From Candidatus Babelota bacterium (lineage in GTDB: Bacteria; Babelota; Babeliae; Babelales; Vermiphilaceae): 32,000 bases of DNA. Below, piece after piece: positions 26,355 to 32,000 of the stretch. Within the stretch, counting starts at the first letter, position 1. Every line of letters begins with the position of its first letter. The notes beneath the pieces are model-generated. The model was not told the DNA's origin. It saw nothing but the letters and a program-made list of their open reading frames with translations, and did no database searches. The stretch is taken from the NCBI GenBank assembly GCA_039809905.1, contig JBDHVY010000001.1, forward strand, positions 510,001-542,000. The letters run 5' to 3'. The translations under genes and the position numbers were made by a program.

Positions 26355-27281
26355 TTACGCTCCATATTCTCGCAACAACTGCTCAAGATTATGATAATTA
26401 TATTTCATAGCAATAGTCAGCGCAGTGCCAACTTCGTTATCAATAACACGGTCTACCACAGCTCCCTCATCCAAAAGCACACGAACACCATCTATATTAT
26501 TTTTTTCAACAGCCATGATAAGCAAGGTTTTGCCATTTTCTAAGCAATTAACATCAGCTTGAGCATGATGAACAAATAATGATATTAATGCACTATTTTT
26601 TTTATGTTCAATAATATACCACAGTAATTCCGATGCTTTTTGCTGAGCAATACGAACTTTTTTACTAAACAATGTTTCTACAGCAGCATAATCATTGTCT
26701 TCTACTGCTCTTTTAAATGCTTGTTCAGCATAATTTGCTAAAAGTCCGCTTTTTGCGCGAGTCTTTTGGCGATCTTTGCCCCACGCAATAAATAACCCTA
26801 TATCCTCGGCATACTTATTGCGAGCAAGAGACAATAAGACAGGTGTTTCCATATCAAAACAAGGATACTCTAACAACAAATCCAACCATTCATAATACAT
26901 GTTTTTTTTACTATACGCATGCATCATTCCATAAATAATATTTAGTTTTTCTTCTAAAGATAAACAAATTGTTTCATCTTTAATTATTTTTTCTACCACA
27001 AGTCGTGCACAGCTACACTTAAATTGACTGATTACTTTAATAATAAGATCAACATCATGCGTCAAAAATAATGAATTCATTTCTTGATACACATGTTCGA
27101 TAGAAAAATTAATCGTAGCATCTGATTTAGTATCACATATATCAATATGTGTTGAAGTTACCAAATTTTTCTTATTATTATTTAAAAAAAATATACTAAT
27201 GCAAAAAAAAGACATAATAATAAATAACCGGAGAACTCCTTCTTGCCTGCCTTCCATTACATACTCCCCCATCCTCAACAA
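26355..27281 (-). CDS. Membrane-anchored/secreted ankyrin-repeat protein
   Basis: Hydrophobic N-terminus LFIIMSFFCISIFFL; ANK units ENGKTLLIMAVEKNNIDGVRVLLDEGAVVDRVIDNEVGTALTIAMKYNYHNLEQLLREYGA. Start may be an internal Met. Confidence 0.85.
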   Translation of the reverse strand: MLRMGEYVMEGRQEGVLRLFIIMSFFCISIFFLNNNKKNLVTSTHIDICDTKSDATINFSIEHVYQEMNSLFLTHDVDLIIKVISQFKCSCARLVVEKIIKDETICLSLEEKLNIIYGMMHAYSKKNMYYEWLDLLLEYPCFDMETPVLLSLARNKYAEDIGLFIAWGKDRQKTRAKSGLLANYAEQAFKRAVEDNDYAAVETLFSKKVRIAQQKASELLWYIIEHKKNSALISLFVHHAQADVNCLENGKTLLIMAVEKNNIDGVRVLLDEGAVVDRVIDNEVGTALTIAMKYNYHNLEQLLREYGA

Positions 27282-27402
27282 AAAACGCCTTTTACACCTT
27301 CTATAACAATAGTGTAATAATCAAAAACATAAAAAATCAACAAAATTTGTAAGTACTATTTGAAAAAATAAAACAACTTTTTATTTGGTCATAATTATTA
27401 CC

Positions 27403-27431
27403 CCCCATGTTCCACGCCGTTTGACACGAGG
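27403..27431 (-). repeat. Short intergenic hairpin family member F
   Basis: Minus strand reads GGTCCTCGTGTCAAAACGGCGTGGAACATGGGG; pairs fully with G-U wobbles; alignable to member A. Confidence 0.5.
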
Positions 27432-27493
27432 ACCTGCACGTAGAGTAATTAAACAGGGAAATAAAGTATACGAACTCAAAAGATAAACAAAAA

Positions 27494-28252
27494 CTAAAGT
27501 ATAGAGCGAATAACACCAGCACCAAGAGATGCTGCTTGAAAAGCTCGTATAACAGTAGGCGTAAGAGCACAAAAAATAAATGCTTTTTTACGTACCAATT
27601 CTTTTTCTTCTAAACTTAAATCTCCTTCTGGTCCAACCAAAAGCAGTATCTTGCGAGTTTTTTCCGCCTGTATAAGTGTCATCACATCATATAATTTTTT
27701 TCCGGCTGGATCAAAAAATAACTTTATACAATCGGCAGCATGCTGATTAAACGCAGCATCAAGAGATATGGGTTCTTGTAATAGTGGATACGAAAAATTT
27801 TTAGATTGCTCTGCTGCAGCAATAAGTATTCGTTCAGCACGCTCACGATCCTTGCTTGCCCATTGATGAGCTGTTTTTTGCGTAAATATTAATTGAATTG
27901 TATTAACTCCAACTTCCGTAAGTGCATATAAAGCTGCTTCGTAATCATCTCGCTTAAGCAACGGCAATAAAAAGGTTACCGATGGCTGCAATGCCATATT
28001 TTTTTGATATGACACTATTTCCACAGAAAATTGTTTTTTACCAATAAAACTGATGATTTTAGCCTCTATGTGTATCTGACGATCAAAAAAAATACATCTA
28101 TCATCTGTTCTTAGCCGTAAAACATTCACTATTCTATGCAACAATTTTTCATCGGAAAATGTTACCATACTACCAGTTTTTTTTTCTTGAATAAGTGAAG
28201 ATAATGTTTCTACAAATAAAGCAAATTCGTGTTTTTCCATAGCAAAAAGCAA
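27494..28252 (-). CDS. rsmE: 16S rRNA (uracil1498-N3)-methyltransferase family protein
   Basis: HRIVNVLRLRTDDRCIFFD, LPLLKRDDYEAALYALTEVGVNTIQLIFTQKT, AAEQSKN, LLVGPEGDLSLEEKE. Start could be internal (MEKHEF). Confidence 0.85.
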   Translation of the reverse strand: MLFAMEKHEFALFVETLSSLIQEKKTGSMVTFSDEKLLHRIVNVLRLRTDDRCIFFDRQIHIEAKIISFIGKKQFSVEIVSYQKNMALQPSVTFLLPLLKRDDYEAALYALTEVGVNTIQLIFTQKTAHQWASKDRERAERILIAAAEQSKNFSYPLLQEPISLDAAFNQHAADCIKLFFDPAGKKLYDVMTLIQAEKTRKILLLVGPEGDLSLEEKELVRKKAFIFCALTPTVIRAFQAASLGAGVIRSIL

Positions 28253-28256
28253 AAGA

Positions 28257-28628
28257 TTATATTATACGGTGGTACCATTGCATAAGGGCAGTTTTAGCGC
28301 TTCTAAAATAAGTTTTCATGTTTTCGCGCATGTTAATATAGCGAATCAATAAAACACCTAACATTTCTTTACATAATGCTTCAGCTTTGCTTATTTTTGG
28401 CGGAATTACGTTATCGCTAACATTTTTGTCATACTCTTCAATATCCTGCATATCTTTATCCATAGCATAATCATGCTGATTATCATATCCATTTTCTAAT
28501 GAGTCAGCATCAAGAAAAGTAGTATTATTCTCTAATTTAGGCATACGAGAAACTGATTTAAGATCTTCAAAAGCATAACTTTTACTACTTATTAAAATGA
28601 TGATAGCAATAAGTACTATTTTTTTCAT
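28257..28628 (-). CDS. Small secreted hypothetical protein
   Basis: Signal-peptide start MKKIVLIAIIILISSKSYAFED at 28628 preferred over the 28826 start. Confidence 0.7.
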   Translation of the reverse strand: MKKIVLIAIIILISSKSYAFEDLKSVSRMPKLENNTTFLDADSLENGYDNQHDYAMDKDMQDIEEYDKNVSDNVIPPKISKAEALCKEMLGVLLIRYINMRENMKTYFRSAKTALMQWYHRII

Positions 28629-28804
28629 AAAAAATGATCCTTTTTTATAACTATAATATCTTAATAAAGTACCTAAAAAATTAAAAAAAGCTCTTTTTTT
28701 TGCAAAAAGCTTTTTTGCTTGCCCGAGACATATTGAGCAACCCTCTTTTTTTTGATACTCTTGCAAATATACGGTAAAAAAACCTAATAAAATGGGGCTC
28801 AATA

Positions 28805-31234
28805 ATGATCTCACGGATAATTGCAAAAATCGTTGGCACTAATAATGAACGTCAAATAAAAAAATTACTTCCTATTGTTGAAAAAATTAATGCATTAGAA
28901 CCATCAATCAAGCTTTTATCTGATGAACAACTTGCGCAGAAAACTGTTGAATTTAAATCGCAGTTAGCTGCAGGAAAATCACTTGATGATATTTTACCTG
29001 AAGCGTTTGCTGTTGTTCGCGAGGCAGGATTTCGAACCCTCGGGCAACGGCATTTCGATGTCCAGCTCATGGGTGGGATTGTACTCCATCAAGGTAAAAT
29101 TTCTGAAATGAAAACGGGTGAAGGTAAAACACTCACCGCAACATTACCTCTCTATTTAAATGCCTTAACCGGAAAAGGTGCACACTTAGTTACCGTAAAC
29201 GATTATCTTGCGCGTCGCGATTCTGAATGGATGAGTCCTATTTATAAATTTCTTGGTCTTGAAGTTGCGTGTTTGCAGAATGCAATGAGCGATGAAGAAC
29301 GTCAAAAAGCTTATGCTGCTGATATTTTGTATGCAACAAACAATGAGCTTGGTTTTGATTACTTACGCGACAATATGAAATTTCGCAAAAGTGATCTTGT
29401 GCAACGTGCCCTTGCATTTGCAATTGTTGATGAGGTCGATTCCATTTTAATCGATGAAGCAAGAACTCCTCTTATTATTTCTGGTTCTGCTGAAGAAGTA
29501 GGAAACCTTTATCGCGATGCTGATCGTGTTGTATCTCATTTAGAAAAAATAACGGATTATGAAGTTGATGAAAAAGCTCGCACCGTGCTTTTAACTGAAT
29601 CTGGTGTTGATAAAATTGAACATGCATTTAATATTTCTAACTTATATCTTATCGAACACATGAAATTATTGCATCACATTAATCAAGCATTGCGCGCACA
29701 CGCTCTTTTCAAACGCGATGTTGATTATGTGGTAGCAAATAATCAGGTATTAATTGTTGATGAATTTACCGGAAGAATTTTACCGGGACGCCGTTATAGT
29801 GATGGATTACATCAGGCGCTTGAGGCAAAAGAAAACGTTGAAATTGAACGCGAAAGCCAAACGCTTGCCAGCATTACACTCCAAAATTTCTTCAGACTTT
29901 ATAAAAAACTCGCAGGTATGACCGGTACTGCAGCAACTGAAAGCGAAGAGTTTCATAATATTTATAAACTTGATGTAATCTCTATCCCACCAAATCGCAC
30001 AATGATTAGAAAAGATATGCCAGATCTTATCTTTTTAACTAAAAACGCAAAATATAAAGCCATTGTAGAAGATATCAGAGAACGATATGCAAAAGGTCAA
30101 CCCGTTCTTATCGGTACTATTGCAATTGAAACATCAGAATTATTGAGTACCATTTTAACTGCACATGGCATTAAACATGATGTCCTTAACGCAAAACAAC
30201 ATGAACGAGAAGCTGAAATTGTTGCTCATGCAGGTGAATCTGGACGAATTACCATCGCAACAAATATGGCTGGTCGTGGTACTGATATTAAACTGACACC
30301 AGAATCAATTGCAGCAGGAGGTTTATATATCTTAGGAACAGAACGCCACGAAAGCAGAAGAATTGATAATCAGTTACGTGGACGATCTGGTCGTCAAGGA
30401 GACCCTGGCGAATCTCGTTTTTATATTTCATTAGAAGATGATTTAGTACGTATTTTTGCGGGAGAATCGTTAAAAAATAAAATGGTTTTCTTTGGTATGC
30501 AAGAAGACGAAATTATAGAATCACGTCTTGTCTCAAAAACTATTGAACGAGCACAAGAACGTGTTGAAAAACACAACTTTGATAATCGTAAGCATTTGCT
30601 GGAATATGATGATGTTTTAAATCAGCAACGTATTGTTATTTATGATCATCGTCTTGATGCTCTTGAAGGTGAAAATCGTATTTATGAATTGATCCGAGAT
30701 TTTATTACTACCATTATTCAAGATCTAATTGCGTATAATGCACCAACAAGAAATATAACAAACGATCAAGTTGCCAAAATATATGAAGCTTTAGAATACA
30801 TAACAGGTCTTAAAGCGAAAGAATTTGAAAATGCAGCTTTAAGCACAGCAAACGTTGAATTATTTGAAAAAGATCTCATTATTTTCTTGCTTGAGCGCTA
30901 TGAATTATATCGCAAACAGCACAATGAAGCTATCATGAAAGCTGCCGAAAAATGGCTTGTTTTAGAGACAATTGATAAAGCATGGCGTCAGCATATGCTT
31001 AATCTTGATCATCTGAAAGAAGGAATTGGTTTGCGCGGCTGGGGACAAAAAAATCCGCTTATTGAATACAAACGAGAAGCTTTTGATATGTTCCGTGAAA
31101 TGATGTCTCATATTCGCTTTGATATTGTTCATCATATTTTCCATGCTAATCTTACCCAGATTAATACAGAAGAACTTGAAGAACAACGCGATGAAGAAAT
31201 GGAACGTCTCAATTTTTCCGGAACAGAACAATAA
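28805..31234 (+). CDS. secA: Preprotein translocase ATPase SecA
   Basis: GFRTLGQRHFDVQLMGGIVLHQGKISEMKTGEGKTLTATLPLYLNAL, FIVDEVDSILIDEARTPLIISG-like, TNMAGRGTDIKL, GRSGRQGDPGESRFYISLEDDLVR. Confidence 0.99.
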   Translation: MISRIIAKIVGTNNERQIKKLLPIVEKINALEPSIKLLSDEQLAQKTVEFKSQLAAGKSLDDILPEAFAVVREAGFRTLGQRHFDVQLMGGIVLHQGKISEMKTGEGKTLTATLPLYLNALTGKGAHLVTVNDYLARRDSEWMSPIYKFLGLEVACLQNAMSDEERQKAYAADILYATNNELGFDYLRDNMKFRKSDLVQRALAFAIVDEVDSILIDEARTPLIISGSAEEVGNLYRDADRVVSHLEKITDYEVDEKARTVLLTESGVDKIEHAFNISNLYLIEHMKLLHHINQALRAHALFKRDVDYVVANNQVLIVDEFTGRILPGRRYSDGLHQALEAKENVEIERESQTLASITLQNFFRLYKKLAGMTGTAATESEEFHNIYKLDVISIPPNRTMIRKDMPDLIFLTKNAKYKAIVEDIRERYAKGQPVLIGTIAIETSELLSTILTAHGIKHDVLNAKQHEREAEIVAHAGESGRITIATNMAGRGTDIKLTPESIAAGGLYILGTERHESRRIDNQLRGRSGRQGDPGESRFYISLEDDLVRIFAGESLKNKMVFFGMQEDEIIESRLVSKTIERAQERVEKHNFDNRKHLLEYDDVLNQQRIVIYDHRLDALEGENRIYELIRDFITTIIQDLIAYNAPTRNITNDQVAKIYEALEYITGLKAKEFENAALSTANVELFEKDLIIFLLERYELYRKQHNEAIMKAAEKWLVLETIDKAWRQHMLNLDHLKEGIGLRGWGQKNPLIEYKREAFDMFREMMSHIRFDIVHHIFHANLTQINTEELEEQRDEEMERLNFSGTEQ

Positions 31235-31235
31235 T

Positions 31236-31655
31236 TTAGTCACTATTTTTTTTCTGTACGATTGGCAATTCTTCTACCATAGGAGAATATGGCCTACTTT
31301 GGGTGATGGTAAATAATTGCGTGTCATAGTTACCTTTTTCTATATCAGAAAACTTTAATTGGATATTGCCCTTATCATCACACCCAATTTGTTTACAAGT
31401 ATATGCTCGACTCAAAACACGTTGATTTGACTGTTGCTCATAAATAGCAAAATGTGCTTTTTGATGTTGATTGCCAAATCTACGTTTTTCGTTTTTATGT
31501 ATAGGAATAAGAGTTTTATCTATTTTATTATAAATTATTACTCTACCAGCTTTATCATTGATAAAAGTTGTCAAACAGGCATGTATGTTCATTGTCTGCA
31601 TAATAGTCATCAGTAGAATCACCATCATTGCGTGTTTATATTTTATCATGAACAC
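31236..31655 (-). CDS. Secreted hypothetical protein
   Basis: N-terminal hydrophobic segment YKHAMMVILLMTIMQTMNIHACL; complete ORF converging on secA. Confidence 0.65.
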   Translation of the reverse strand: MFMIKYKHAMMVILLMTIMQTMNIHACLTTFINDKAGRVIIYNKIDKTLIPIHKNEKRRFGNQHQKAHFAIYEQQSNQRVLSRAYTCKQIGCDDKGNIQLKFSDIEKGNYDTQLFTITQSRPYSPMVEELPIVQKKNSD

Positions 31656-31875
31656 CCTTTTTTATTATCCCATCTTTTGTCTTATCTCTTCTTAAATTAC
31701 ATTTTCAAAAATGCAAATAGCAATACTGAAGACTTTTTTAAACATAATTTTATCTAAATAAAAGGATATTTTTGTAATTACCTTCAATCCATTGAATGTG
31801 TCAATAAGAAAAGTGTATCCTTTAGATGTATTTAATAATATGAAGTTACAGATATAAAAAAAAGTAGATACTGTT

Positions 31876-32000
31876 ATGGTAAAAAACATAATTACCCTTA
31901 TTTTAAATATTTTTTTGATTATATTTTTTACTCCTTCATATAGCATGGTACCAAAGCTTATAAGACTTCCATCCACGAAAGCCCCCAAACCATCTCTCTC
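31876..32000 (+). CDS. 5' end of a secreted protein gene truncated by the window edge
   Basis: MVKNIITLILNIFLIIFFTPSYSMVPKLIRLPSTKAPKPSL..., open to the window end; typical signal peptide. Confidence 0.6.
   Translation, partial: MVKNIITLILNIFLIIFFTPSYSMVPKLIRLPSTKAPKPSL

Noticed and set aside
28852-29462. ORFs 28852..29070 and 29238..29462 on the minus strand
   Set aside because: Shadow ORFs of secA.
31692-31988. 98-aa minus-strand ORF at the window edge
   Set aside because: AT-rich, hydrophobic, and conflicts with a plus-strand ORF starting with a typical signal peptide.
1-32000. CRISPR array, toxin-antitoxin, restriction or retron-type defence system
   Set aside because: No regularly spaced repeats, reverse transcriptase, nuclease or paired small toxin/antitoxin genes could be supported. 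The repeats seen are hairpins or intragenic duplications.

Overview
The window is AT-rich and densely coded, and looks like the chromosome of a host-associated bacterium. Gene content and the many Sec-signal-bearing accessory proteins suggest Candidatus Dependentiae/TM6 (Babeliae); this is inference, with no database check. Recognisable genes: TrmH-type SpoU methyltransferase, a thioredoxin-like protein, ribonucleotide reductase alpha (nrdA) and beta (nrdB), a DUF1343/NamZ-like protein, murE (DAP-type motif), an AGCS Na+/amino-acid symporter, ruvX/yqgF, tsaB, rsmE and secA. The accessory content is a set of signal-peptide proteins: a lipoprotein and two small paralog-like neighbours, two very large helical/coiled-coil proteins (8669-11698 and 11926-14340), a ~1100-aa ankyrin/coiled-coil/double Cys8 RING-like protein (15853-19176), a beta-propeller-like protein, and a second ankyrin protein. 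The most interesting observations are: (1) NrdB has Glu and Phe at the positions diagnostic of class Ic (Chlamydia-type Mn/Fe) R2; (2) the ankyrin protein ends in two tandem RING-like Cys8 modules; (3) a ~176-nt multi-hairpin repeat occurs in two inverted copies (1530-2132) with compensatory changes; (4) at least six short GGTCCCC...GGGG hairpins form a dispersed intergenic family at 23.8-27.4 kb; (5) a palindromic repeat has apparently been read in frame within the N-terminus of the DUF1343 protein; (6) a 59-aa zinc-ribbon gene is missing from the ORF track. I found no CRISPR array, rRNA, convincing tRNA or intact transposase.
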